Assembly: GCF_000143415.4 (NCBI RefSeq)
Contig: NW_003314324.1
Coordinates: 1,087,165 to 1,151,164, forward strand
Source: Selaginella moellendorffii
Taxonomy: Eukaryota > Plantae > Lycopodiophyta
Direction of reading: 5' to 3'
Length of the DNA stretch: 64,000 nucleotides
Shown here: positions 25,201-36,039 of the stretch, in pieces
Layout of the letters: each line of letters opens with the position of its first letter
Position numbering within the stretch: position 1 is the stretch's first letter
Position numbers and translations under genes: made by a program
Notes under the pieces: model-generated
What the model was told of the DNA's origin: nothing
The model's database searches: none
Seen by the model: only the letters and a program-made list of their open reading frames with translations

Positions 25201-25484
25201 GGGTAAGGACACTCAGCATATTAGCGTTTTCTATGCCTGTCTTCAACGAAATTAATTTCAGGGCCTAAAGACTGGTATGTACTATCTACGATCGCAAGCT
25301 GCTGCGGACGCTATCAAGTTCACTGTCGATACGGCCTCGTTAAAGGTAGGATTCTATTTTCTACGGTTTTATCTAACCTTATCTTCTGTACCAGAGTCCT
25401 ACAAAGACAACCGACGAAGAGCTATTAGCGCAGATGGTTTGCTCACTCGAGAATCGTGAGAACTGCTTAGCGTGTGGTAGCTAG
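22247..25484 (+). CDS. RNR1: Ribonucleoside-diphosphate reductase large subunit, many short introns
   Basis: ATP-cone [22 protein letters not shown]; [19 protein letters not shown]; SNLCTEIVE active site; [13 protein letters not shown]; [10 protein letters not shown]; C-terminal [14 protein letters not shown]. Confidence 0.98.
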
Positions 25485-25847
25485 GTACATGTTTAGAATG
25501 TGTTTTACGCTACGTAGGCCAGCAGAGCTCTAACTTAGTGCTCAGTAATCTACACTCGAAGGCCTGTATATGATATTTGAGGTAAGAAATCCTGTTCCGA
25601 ATTTTTGGGATCCCTTTTGGGTGTGAGCGTTGACGCCAGTTACAGGTGACTAGAAAGAAGAGACTGATGCGTTTATCCTTATAAAACTGTCCTCTTTGGG
25701 GTTTTAATCGCTTTATTTCACGCAGCGTAGCTCAGCGGTCATCGTCTTTGTGGGTGTGAACAGTAATAACCTTGATCGGCCTCTCTGTGAGTATACTTAT
25801 GTCTTTCAATTTTCGTTTCTCATCTAGTTTCTTAAGCAGCGACGAAG

Positions 25848-27823
25848 ATGCGATTACTGGATCTCTCGGCCGTGAGGTACGCCCAGCGACTGATAGTAGG
25901 ACATAGATCTGTCTGGTTAATTTCTCCGTGGAGAGTTTAGATCTCTCTCACACTCATCAGAAAGATGGAAGGCTTGAGCAGAAGCGAGCCTGCAGATTCA
26001 AGGGGGTTTACACAGGATACAGGCCTCCTGATGAACGATGGCTCGAAGCAGACAAGCACGTATCAGCTGTTGTCGACTAGCACAGAATCAGGGAAGCATT
26101 TTTATCGATACGTTGTTTGGTGCGCCCTTTTGGCATCTCTGAATTCTGTGCTACTTGGATATGGTATGTGTTTTGTTTCTTTACTTAGCATTGAGTTTTA
26201 ACTTTGTGTCTTCCAGACATTGGTATCATGAGCGGAGCAGTCTTGTTCATAAAGGAGGATCTGAAAATTCATGAGCTACAGGAAGAGGTTCTGGTAGGCT
26301 CGCTAAACTTGATATCTTTAGTCGGCGGAGTTTTAGCAGGCAGGCTTTCGGACTCCATTGGCCGAAAGAAAACAATGGCAATAGCTTCCGTCATATTCTT
26401 TCTCGGAGCAGGGGTGATGGGGCTGGCTCCAAATTTTGGTATCTTGCTGGGTGGCCGTATAGTGGCAGGGATAGGAGTAGGATTCGGGCTTATGATAGCA
26501 CCAGTCTACACTGCAGAGTTGGCACCAGCAGCAAGCAGGGGTGCTTTGGTTTCGTTTCCAGAGATATTTATCAACGTGGGAATACTGCTGGGATACATTG
26601 TCAGCTACTTACTGTCGGGATTGTCTGCGGGACTCAGCTGGAGGCTGATGCTCGGGGCAGGATGCATCCCAGCGATCGTTCTGGCCGTTGGTGTTCTTTT
26701 CATGCCAGAATCGCCGAGGTGGCTCGTCATGCAAAGCAGAATACCCGAGGCGGAAGTGGTCCTTCTTAAGACCTCGAGAAGCAAGCAGGAAGCGGATGAA
26801 AGGCTGGCGGATATAATGGCAGCCGCGAAGCTCAACCAGCAAGCCGGCAAGAGCCAAGGGGAAGGAGTCTGGAACGAGCTTCTGTGGCCGGTTCCATCCG
26901 TGAGAAGGATGGTCATCGTGGCCTTGGGTATCCAGTTCTTCCAGCAAGCCTCAGGGATCGACGCTCTCGTGTACTACAGCCCAGCGGTCTTTAACCAGGC
27001 CGGGATCACAAGCAAAGCAGGAGTTCTAGGAACCACAGTGGCGGTAGGATTCACCAAGACGGCTTTCATTCTCGTGGCAACGTCTTTGCTGGATAAAGTC
27101 GGCCGGAGGCCACTGCTTCTCGCGAGCAGCGTCGGGATGGCAGCGTCACTGGCGACAGTGGCTCTCGGCTTTGTCTTCTACGACAGTGCCATGGATCCAA
27201 GCAAGCATCGCCACCTTCCAGTCCAGTCTACAGCTAAATCCCCCGGAGGAAGCTCGGACGTAGCTCTAGCTCTGATCATCACCGCCATATGCGTCTTCAT
27301 GGCTTCCTTCTCGGTGGGATTCGGGCCGATCAACATGGTTCTAAACTCCGAGGTGTTTCCTCTCAGGCTCCGAGCTCAAGCCGTGAGCCTGGGACTGCTC
27401 GTCAACCGGCTGGTTAGCGGCACCATCGGGCTCACGTTCTTGAGCATCTCCGAGGCACTGTCACTGGCCGGGACGTTCTTTCTCTTCGCGGGCATCGCGG
27501 CAGCGTCGGTGGTGTTCATCTACTTTCTGGTTCCCGAGACCAAGGGGAAGAGTTTGGAGGAGATCGCTGGGATGTTTGAGCGGGAGGGGATGCTCGCTGG
27601 ATCGCCAGAGCTTGTGGAGCTTTCTTCATCCACGGCGGTGGCGGGAGGCCAATCTTTCAAGTACGAGGACGTGGGGAGTGCTCCTCACGAGCACTTGGAA
27701 GTGGAGGGGAGCCATGAAGAAGGTGGTGGGCGGCTTGGGCAGCAGGGAATGTATGATGAAGAATCTCACAAGAAGCTGCTAGCTAAAGTCAAGTTGATTG
27801 CTGCGAAACAGGGCAATGTTTGA
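25848..27823 (+). CDS. Polyol/monosaccharide transporter (PLT/PMT, MFS sugar porter)
   Basis: LASLNSVLLGY|DIGIMSGA, GRLSDSIGRK, PVYTAELAPAASRG, MPESPRWL, FFQQASGID, PETKGKSLEEI. Intron 26164-26217. Possible in-frame first exon 25848-25876 (MRLLDLSAVR); otherwise the start is 25965. Confidence 0.93.
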
Positions 27824-28333
27824 ACCAAGTGTTTCGGATGATTCAGAATTTGGGTATTTTTATTTTAACAAAATTGTTAAATAAAATTCAAATCCAAAAG
27901 TTTTGTGTTGGCCAGGATTCCAAAGACGTTTTCTTAAAAGAGAGTTAACAACAAATCAAAAGGTGATTGTGTGCAATTGAAAAGGTGTAAATAAAAGTAT
28001 TGTCGGGATTTATTATCACAAGTCATATACGACTGACATGCGGTTAGGGTTTGTCTTTCCCACCCAACATTGACACGGCAGCAAGTATTATGGAACTAGA
28101 GGGCATTGCTCATCCCCCAATTCCTAGATGGAAACATATAGCAAGTGCTTGAATGGCAATTTCCCTTCTCTCCCAAAAGTTCCATGGAAACAAATGCTTG
28201 AATGATAACTTCCATTTTCTTCCAAATCTCCAACTATAAACACAAGTATCTATTTATTTATATTTACGTAATCCTCAGTTTTATTAAAGTTGCATACAAG
28301 CTGATATAGACATACACACTAGTGCATTTCATT

Positions 28334-29791
28334 TCATGCTCGCTTCTTGAGCTCGGTGAAAGGATAGACCGAAGAGGTACCGCTGATGGACGCATCCCCA
28401 AGCTTGAACGAATCGTAGTGCAGGAAGAAATCCGCAAACAAGATCCGCGTAACCAACACCACAAAGTTCTTCCCGGGGCACTGCTTGTTGTCCACGCTCG
28501 GCGAGCTCGTCTCGGGGCCATTCGACCAGAAAACATGCTCCAGCAGGCGCTGCCCCTCCTCCCCCATGAACCTCCGAGGCTTGAACTTCTCGGGCTCCTC
28601 AAACACCACCGGGTCGCGCGTCACCAGCGGCTGGTACCCGTACAGCATCTCCCCGGCCTTGATCTTGAACGCCTCGACGTGCGTCTCAAGGACAAAGTCC
28701 ACCTTGGCCTTGCCGTACTGCGACTGTACCGGGGGCTCGATGCGCAGCACCTCGTACACCGTGGACTGCAGCAGCGGCATGGCGCCCAGTGCCGCGGCGT
28801 CCACGCCGCCGCGGCCCACGGCACGCCGCACCTCCTCCCGCAGCTCCGCCTGCAGGTCAAACTCGTCAAAGTCGCTCACATTCTTGAACAGCGCGGGCCA
28901 CAGAATGGTCAGCCCCCCGAAGGTGTTGAAACAGATGAAGAAGACAAGGTTGTGCAGGGCCTCGTCGGGGTCGATACCGTGCGGCACCGCGAGCGACACC
29001 GCGCGCTCCCCGTTGGCCTTAAAGAAGCGCACGATCTTCTGGTACTCGGGCGCCACGATGATGAAGGGTATGGGCGCGGTGTGGAGCAGCGGCTCCTGGA
29101 TCACGGCGGGCAGGCCCGCGTTGAGCACCGGCGCGATCTGCGGCGCGAGCCACAGCTTGATCCCGGTCTCGGTGAGCGCATTCCCGTCGGTTGCATCCTT
29201 GTCCAGCACCGTCTTGGTCAGGAATCGGAGCGCGATCTTCCCCAGCACAGGGTTGAGCTCCGGTGGATCATCCGGGAGCAGCCCCGAGACAATTCCGCCC
29301 AGCAGCCCCCCGGACTTCTTCGGCTTGTTGAGCTCGGCGTCCCACTCGGCGTACCCGGCAGCCGCTGCCGCACGGAGCTCCGGGATCCAACGGTCGTGGT
29401 TGCTGCTGAGGATGTCCATGCAGTACGACTTGAGCTGCGCATGCTTGGGCTCCTCCTGTCCGAGATAGGACAGCACGCGGTAGCCGCCCGTGAATCCGGT
29501 GCTCGGGACGTAGGTGCCGGTGAACACATTCTTCTTACTCACCTTAGTGAGATCGAACAGGACAGGGAAGCTCTTCTGATCCAGCAGCGCAATGACTTTG
29601 GAATCGGGGAAGAAAGGTGGCCCAGGGGGCATGTTGACGCGGAAGACAGTGCTCCCGTACTCGTCCCTCCGCTTCTCGAAGAAATTCTTGCCGTAGAAAC
29701 GGTCCAGCCGATCCAGCACGGAGCCGAGTATGGGCGCGCCATATTCACCAGGCACGTCGCGCTTCACCTCCAGGTTCCTGTCGTTGCTCAT
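28334..29791 (-). CDS. CYP74: CYP74-family cytochrome P450 (allene oxide synthase / HPL / DES / EAS clan), intronless CDS, copy 1
   Basis: PGEYGAP, STVFRVNMPPGP, LLDQKSFPVLFD, FTGTYVPST..TGGYRVLSYL, I-helix HNLVFFICFNTFGG, EVLRIEPPV, WSNGPET, heme Cys NKQCPGK. Likely ATG at 29791 after a 5'UTR intron. Confidence 0.95.
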   Translation of the reverse strand: MSNDRNLEVKRDVPGEYGAPILGSVLDRLDRFYGKNFFEKRRDEYGSTVFRVNMPPGPPFFPDSKVIALLDQKSFPVLFDLTKVSKKNVFTGTYVPSTGFTGGYRVLSYLGQEEPKHAQLKSYCMDILSSNHDRWIPELRAAAAAGYAEWDAELNKPKKSGGLLGGIVSGLLPDDPPELNPVLGKIALRFLTKTVLDKDATDGNALTETGIKLWLAPQIAPVLNAGLPAVIQEPLLHTAPIPFIIVAPEYQKIVRFFKANGERAVSLAVPHGIDPDEALHNLVFFICFNTFGGLTILWPALFKNVSDFDEFDLQAELREEVRRAVGRGGVDAAALGAMPLLQSTVYEVLRIEPPVQSQYGKAKVDFVLETHVEAFKIKAGEMLYGYQPLVTRDPVVFEEPEKFKPRRFMGEEGQRLLEHVFWSNGPETSSPSVDNKQCPGKNFVVLVTRILFADFFLHYDSFKLGDASISGTSSVYPFTELKKRA

Positions 29792-30460
29792 CACTGCAAA
29801 GCAAAGAAGTGAAGTGTGAGCTGCTAAGAACACACTACTTGAGTACAAGGTGTGCTTGTGTTGGGCACAAGCTCGGGGCTTTTAAGCAAGGTGGTCTCTA
29901 TAGTGTTTCCCGCAGCATGAAGAACGTGGGTGCAAGCGACAGATATCATCCACAGGGACCAAGCTTACAGAATCAGAACGCTGTAATGTAAGACAGCTGC
30001 TTCTTCAGCTGTTTGGTGGGATGTCAACTAGATACGGACACTTCATCCGGTCTCATCGATAGGCCTTGGATTCCTTCTCGCCAGATTACTTTCAATACCC
30101 AGTTCGCGTCAAGGACCTGAAACTTATCTTCAGCATGGTGCTTTGTTGTTCTTCTGCCTCCTCAAGCATGAAGAGCCTGGGTCCAAACGAGAGAGGTCAT
30201 CCACAGGGACCAAGCTTAAAAGCCAAAATGAAAACAGATAACAAGCAATACAATATACAGGATAGGCCCCTCTTGTATATTTTGGCAGGATGTCACGGTC
30301 AGTTTGGTTATTCCTCCAGAAAAAAACGTGCAGAGAATAAGGGTTAAAATATTATAAAGAAATCATTTCAATAGTTTGGACTTTTTTTAGGTTTTTATGC
30401 AGCATAAAAAAGTAAGTATGCAATATAAAAAACTAATTGCTACACGTTGCATGTAGCAAT

Positions 30461-30962
30461 GCTTGGTTTGCTTAATAGTAGTGTTATTATTACTTATTAA
30501 TCCAATTGATCAAATAATGTTTATAATTATAAGCATGTTTGTAATTTATAAACACAAGATTAATCTTATTTCATATCAATAATTAGATGATAGAATAAAA
30601 AATAATATACTAGAAAAGGTTTAAGAAAGTTTATAAATTATAAATACAAGATTAATCTAAATGAATAACAACCATTAGATAATAGAATATTCTAGAATAT
30701 CTAAGTATATTCTAAATATATTCACTACCATCCTTGTTTCTAAATGATTAAAATCCTAGAATATCCAAGCATATTTTAAGTATATCCATTACTATCCCAA
30801 ATACCACAACATAATTACCCTTCCATAATCACTCCTTTATGCAATAAAGTAATCTAATTTATGAGGAACAAAAGAAATTCCGAAAACGATTTGTCCAACC
30901 TAAAAAGTAGTAATTGGTTTGATTAATAAATATGAATAATACTACTATTAAGCAAACCAAAC
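30461..30962. mobile_element. MITE-like AT-rich element with about 45-bp imperfect terminal inverted repeats
   Basis: Left end gcttggtttgcttaatagtagtgttatt...ttattaatc; right end reverse-complements to gtttggtttgcttaatagtagtattatt...ttattaatc. TSD not clear. Confidence 0.6.
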
Positions 30963-31037
30963 GTAATTATTAGTGTTTATATATATATATAGCCCCATCC
31001 AAATCCTAACTAGTAGAATATTTATTTTAATCTATAA

Positions 31038-31392
31038 ACTCCGAGCCGTGAGCCTGGGACTGCTGGTTAGCGGCAGCATCGGGCTCACATTCTCGAGCAT
31101 CTCCGAGGCACTGTCACTGGCCGGAATGTTCTTTCTCTTCGCGGGCATCACGGTGTTCATCTACTTTCTGGTCAAAGGAAAAAGTTTGGAAGAGATCTCT
31201 GGGGATCGCCAGAGTTTGTGGAGCTTTCTTCATCCACGGCGGTGACGGCTCTCAAGTATGAGGACGTGGGAAGTGCTCACCAGCACTTGGAAGTGGATGG
31301 GAGCCATGAAGAAAGCGGGGGCATGTTGGGCAGCAACGAATGTATGATGAAGAATCTGACAAGAAGTTGCTAGCTTGCAAAACAGGGTGATT
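31038..31392 (+). pseudogene. PLT transporter 3' fragment (degenerate copy of about 27367-27820)
   Basis: LRAVSLGLLVSGSIGLTFSSISEALSLAGMFFLFAG with many short deletions and a frameshift. Confidence 0.9.
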
Positions 31393-32672
31393 TTAATTCC
31401 TATGCCCAGTTAAGTTTACATTAAAACTCGTGCTACACATAAATGAAATATTTTCTTGGATCCAAAGTTTTGACAATTCCCAACTGGAACACGCATCTCG
31501 AAAAGTCAAGCGGGATGACTTTGAGAAACATCGATCCTGATCGTGCCAATGCGACTGGCCTCGGTTTCTGCAAGGGGATGGAGCTAGATCCACAAACTTT
31601 CAACCGAAGCATTGTAAAGCTCAGGGGGAGAGATTTTGATCCATGGACGAATTTCAGGGTCAAGACAGCTCCAGAAGCAGCAGGATTCGACATGTCCCAG
31701 CGAGTCGTCTTTGCGAGTAGGCCACGCAGAAACCTTTGCCTTCTTGGAGTTGACAACTCCTCAAGCAGCAATTCCATTACCTCGTCAGTCGACTTGATGA
31801 CCACCACGACACGTGTCGACGTTCTGGGATCTTTCATGTCTCACGTCAAGAATTCTTACATTCAAGTGCAGAACTCGGCCCTGGATCTCAATCATCCAGC
31901 GTCGGATTTCTGGGTGGCAGCAGTAGCTCTTCCCAGTGCCTTCATAGCCGTCGTGGCAGCACTTTCATCAATCTCCAGCTCAGGCTCTTCACGAACTTGA
32001 CGAATTTCCGGCGATGGAAGACATTGATGCTTTGTGTGAGCATCTCGGTTGCATCTTACTCTGCTGTGATTGCCGTCACCCCTGCCGAGCTTCAGAGGGA
32101 GAGGAAATTTGCGACCTGGGGGCTGCTGGTAGACCAAGTTCCAATCACAAAGCGAGGGGTTGAAGTTCTCGTTGTTGTCAAGGGCGAGTCGGTCTATAAA
32201 TCCAGCAGCCTCATACTTGCATGGTGCTCCACTGCAATCTTTGTTCCAGTGGTCGCGTGCATCACATTCTTTAGATGCAAGCAAGTTTTTTACAGGAGGC
32301 TCCGGAAGAACGAATCCTTGATCTTGAAGCAATAGAAATGAACGCAGTGGAGCAGCGGCGGCCGGAGAGGGAGCATAGAGAGTTGACTTATTTAAAATAA
32401 AACATTTTAACAATTTTTATAAGAAAGCTACTAAAAATCCTCGTTCGCAACCTTGGATTATCTAGGTATATCCATTGGTTTTTCTAAAAAAAATTCCTTT
32501 GGAAAAACCATTAGTATGGACATAGTCTTTATACACAAAGTTTTCTTCCAGGAACGCTGTCCCTGCACTAGCCATTACAAGGCCTGCAACTATAAGCTTG
32601 AGAATGATCTCCTGAGGAATTCCTGTAGCAACAGTAAACACCACTGTGGCCGTTTGTGTTGTGTTCTTACAG

Positions 32673-33060
32673 ATGCTCGATCGATACCAACAGCACACAC
32701 TGAATTGCTCCTCGTGTAGGAACGCATTCAAAGCTTTCAAGGTCGCTGGGAGAGTTCTCATTGGATCAATGGCAGGCAATCACTTTACCTATTTCTTGGA
32801 CAGAACAGTCGATGGACAGAACAGTCGATGGTAAAGGCTGGGTTTTGCTAGTTCCAGCGGCCCACTTCGGCTCACCATTGCCATGCTTGCGAAGCCAGTA
32901 GAACAAACCTGTCTGCTTGAGTGTGAGTAAACGTAATCTGCGAATACTTGGTGTTGGTGTCTCCTCCTGTTGCCAAAAACTTCTTCTCTTGGCCTTGAAG
33001 AACTATCATGTCGCCATCGTAAACTTTGTTGGAAGTCCAGTGTTCGTGCCATCGTGGTAC
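32673..33060. pseudogene. PAO: Pheophorbide a oxygenase (PAO/ACD1) fragment: two consecutive exons in opposite orientations
   Basis: Minus strand 33060-32789: VPRWHEHWTSNKVYDGDMIVLQGQEK...TFTHTQADRFVL / WLRKHGNGEPKW...PSTVLSKK*. Plus strand 32673-32775: MLDRYQQHTLNCSSCRNAFKAF (the PAO CxxC motif). Confidence 0.88.
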
Positions 33061-33136
33061 CAAAGAGAGAGTTAAAAAAGATCTAAGAATGACATGGAAC
33101 TTGCCTGCCCCCAAGCAGGGCCGGGCATGAGAAACG

Positions 33137-34768
33137 CTGATCTTTTCATGGAACGAGTTAGGAGCAATAGCGATTCGTCTCTGTTTTGTCCGAACAAGGC
33201 TCCTGGATTGGCTGACTGCTGGGGTGAAGAGTTTGAAAGCTTGTACACAAGATATGTCAGTCTCCTTCTAATTCTTTTACGAGCTTAATTTTTTGCAGTG
33301 TTTATCAGGGGAGAGCTAAATGTTCCTTATCAGCTGGTTTGCAATTTTGGAATCTCAGATGGAAACTGGCAATCCGTACATGGTTTTTAAGGTGTGAAGT
33401 CAAGGAGTGTCTTCTTATTTCTAACGCTTTTTTCCGTTTCAGGATACTTGCAACACGAAGAGCAAAATCTGGGGACTATCAAGTGCTCAAATCTCTGCAC
33501 TGAGATTGTGGAATATACCAGTCCCTCTGAGACAGCCGTGTGTAACCTTGCATCCATTGCGTTACCTCGGTTTGTTCGTGAACAAGGAATAAACTCGGAA
33601 ACGAAACTGGTCGGTAGCAAAGGATGCAAAAATAGAGTTTTTGATTTCCACAAACTGGCTGAGGTAACACAGCTTTCATGATTCTCTAACATCAACTTGG
33701 AGATTGTTTCCAGGTGACAACAGTAGTGACTGAAAACGTAAACAAGATTATTGACATCAACTACTACCAGTTGACACAGCAAAGCGCTCAAATCTTCGAC
33801 ATCGTCCAATTGGGATTGGTGTCCAAGGATTAGCTGACGCATTTATTCTCCTTGGGCTCCCATTCGACTCCGAAGAGGTACAAAGTTTTTTTCTTGTGGC
33901 CGTCTTACGTTTTCTCTTTTACAGGCTCGTGATCTGAACAAAGACATTTTTGAGACGATCTATTATCATGCCATGAAAACGTCAAGCATTCTGGCAGAAT
34001 TATATGGAGTTTATGAAACATATCCTGGAAGTCCAGTCAGTAAGGTTCGGGTAGTGAGTATTATCTTTTTCTGTATCAATGCTTTGTCTTTCCAGGGAGT
34101 CTTTCAACCAGATATGTGGAACGTTATACCGTCTGGTCGTTGGGATTGGGCAGCCTTGAAGGAAATGGTCGCCCGCCATGGAGTACGCAATTCCTTGCTT
34201 GTTGCTCCAATGCCGACAGCATCAACAAGCCAAATTCTTGGAAACAACGAGTGTTTTGAGTCTTACATCCAATATTTACACTCGACGCGCTCTAAGGTAT
34301 GCCTTCTTTCTGTATCAGCTGTGATACTTATGTTGCCTGCTACAGTGGTGAATTTGTTGTGGTTAACAAGCATCTGCTGAACGATTTGACCGATTTGGGA
34401 ATATGGACACCGGATCTGAATATACAGGTTGGTTTGTGCATACATTGACCAAAGCCAAAGCCTGAACATTCATATGGAGCAGCCCACAACGACCAAATTG
34501 ACTTCACTATTTCTATGCCTGTCCTCAACAAAATTAACTTCAGGGCCTAAAGACTGGTATGTATTATCTACGATCGCAAGCTGCTGCGGACGCTATCAAG
34601 TTCACTGTCGATACGGCCTCATTAAAGGTAGGATTCTATTTTCTACGGTTTTAATCTAGCCATCTCTTCTGTACCAGAGTCCTACAAAGTCAACCGACAG
34701 AAGAGCTATTAGCGCAGATGGTTTTCTCACTCGAGAATCGTGAGAACTGCTTAGCGTGTGGTAGCTAG
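33137..34768 (+). pseudogene. RNR1 3'-half genomic duplicate with introns, deletions and frameshifts
   Basis: Near-identical to 23618-25484, introns included. Starts mid-exon ([10 protein letters not shown]). Several deletions, for example near 33334, 33772, 34419, 34440 and 34510. Confidence 0.95.
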
Positions 34769-35100
34769 GTACTTGGTTAGAATGCGTTTTACGCTACGTG
34801 GGCCAGCAGAGCTCTAACTTAGTGCTCAGTAATCTACACTCGAAGGCCTGTATATGATATTTGAGGTAAGAAATCCTGTTCCGAACTTCTGGGATCCGTT
34901 TTGGGTGTGAGCGTTGACGCCAGTTACAGGTGACTAGAAAGAAGAACCTGATGCGTTTATCCTTATAAAATTGTCCTCTTTGGGGTTTTAATCGCTCTAT
35001 TTCACGCAGCGTAGCTCAGCGGTCATCGTCTTCAGCCACTCTGAGTATACTTATGCTTTCAATTTTCGTTTCTCATCTAGTCTCTTAAGCAGTGACGAAG

Positions 35101-35989
35101 ATGCGATTACTGGATCTCTCGGCCGTAAGGTACGCCCAATGACTGATAGTAGGACATAGATCTGTCTGGTTATTTTCTCCGTGGAGAGTTTAGATCTCTC
35201 TCACAGAAAGATGGAAGGCTTGAGCAGAAGCGAGCCTTCAGATTCAAGGGGGTTTACACAGGATGGTGAACGATGGCTCGAAGCAGACAAGCACGTATCA
35301 GCTGTTGTCGACTAGCACAGAAGCAGGGAAGCATTTTTATCGATACGTTGTTTGGTAAGGGCGCCAAACAGAGAATTGGCATCTCTGAATTCTGTGCTAC
35401 TTGGATATGGTATGCGTTTTGTTTCTTTACTTAGCATTGAGTTTTAACTTTCTGTCTTCCAGACATTGGTATCATGAGCGGAGCGGTCTTGTTCATAAAG
35501 GAGGATCTGAAAATTCATGAGCTACAGGAAGAGGTTCCGGTAGGCTCGCTAAACTTGATATCTTTAGTCGATGGAGTTTTAGCAGGCAGGCTTTCGGACT
35601 CCATTGGCCGAAAGAAAACAATGGCAATAGCTTCTGTCATATTCTTTCTCGGAGCAGGGGTGATGGGGCTGACTCCAAATTTTGGTATCTTGCTGGGTGG
35701 CCGTATAGTGGCAGGGATAGGAGTAGGATTTGGGCTTATGATAGCACCAGTCTACACTGCAGAGTTGGCACCAGCAGCAAGCAGGGGTGCTTTGGTTTCG
35801 TTTCCAGAGACTTTTATCAACTTGGGAATACTGCTGGGATACATTGTCAGTTACTTGCTGTCGGGATGAGACTGATGCTCGGGGCAGGATGCATCCCAGC
35901 AATCGTTCTGGCCGTTGGTGTTCTTTTCATGCCAGAATCACCAAGGAGGAAGTGGTCCTTTTCAAGACCTCGAGAAGCAACCAAGAAGT
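35101..35989 (+). pseudogene. PLT transporter 5' duplicate, truncated by a copia remnant
   Basis: Continues collinearly from the RNR1 duplicate through the copied intergenic region. Matches about 25848-26792 with deletions and a premature stop. Confidence 0.93.
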
Positions 35990-36039
35990 GAAGAGAAAAT
36001 GAGTTACAATTCACATGTCAATCATGCTCTATATGCAAG

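Noticed and set aside
25600-25900. C/D-box snoRNA cluster between RNR1 and PLT
   Set aside because: CTGA motifs occur, but there is no clear RTGATGA C-box with terminal stem or recognisable rRNA guide. Splice-site explanation fits better.
28322-29812. 496-aa antisense ORF over CYP74 copy 1 (and 386-aa over copy 2)
   Set aside because: Explained by very high GC3 in the sense gene, which removes antisense stops. No domain features.
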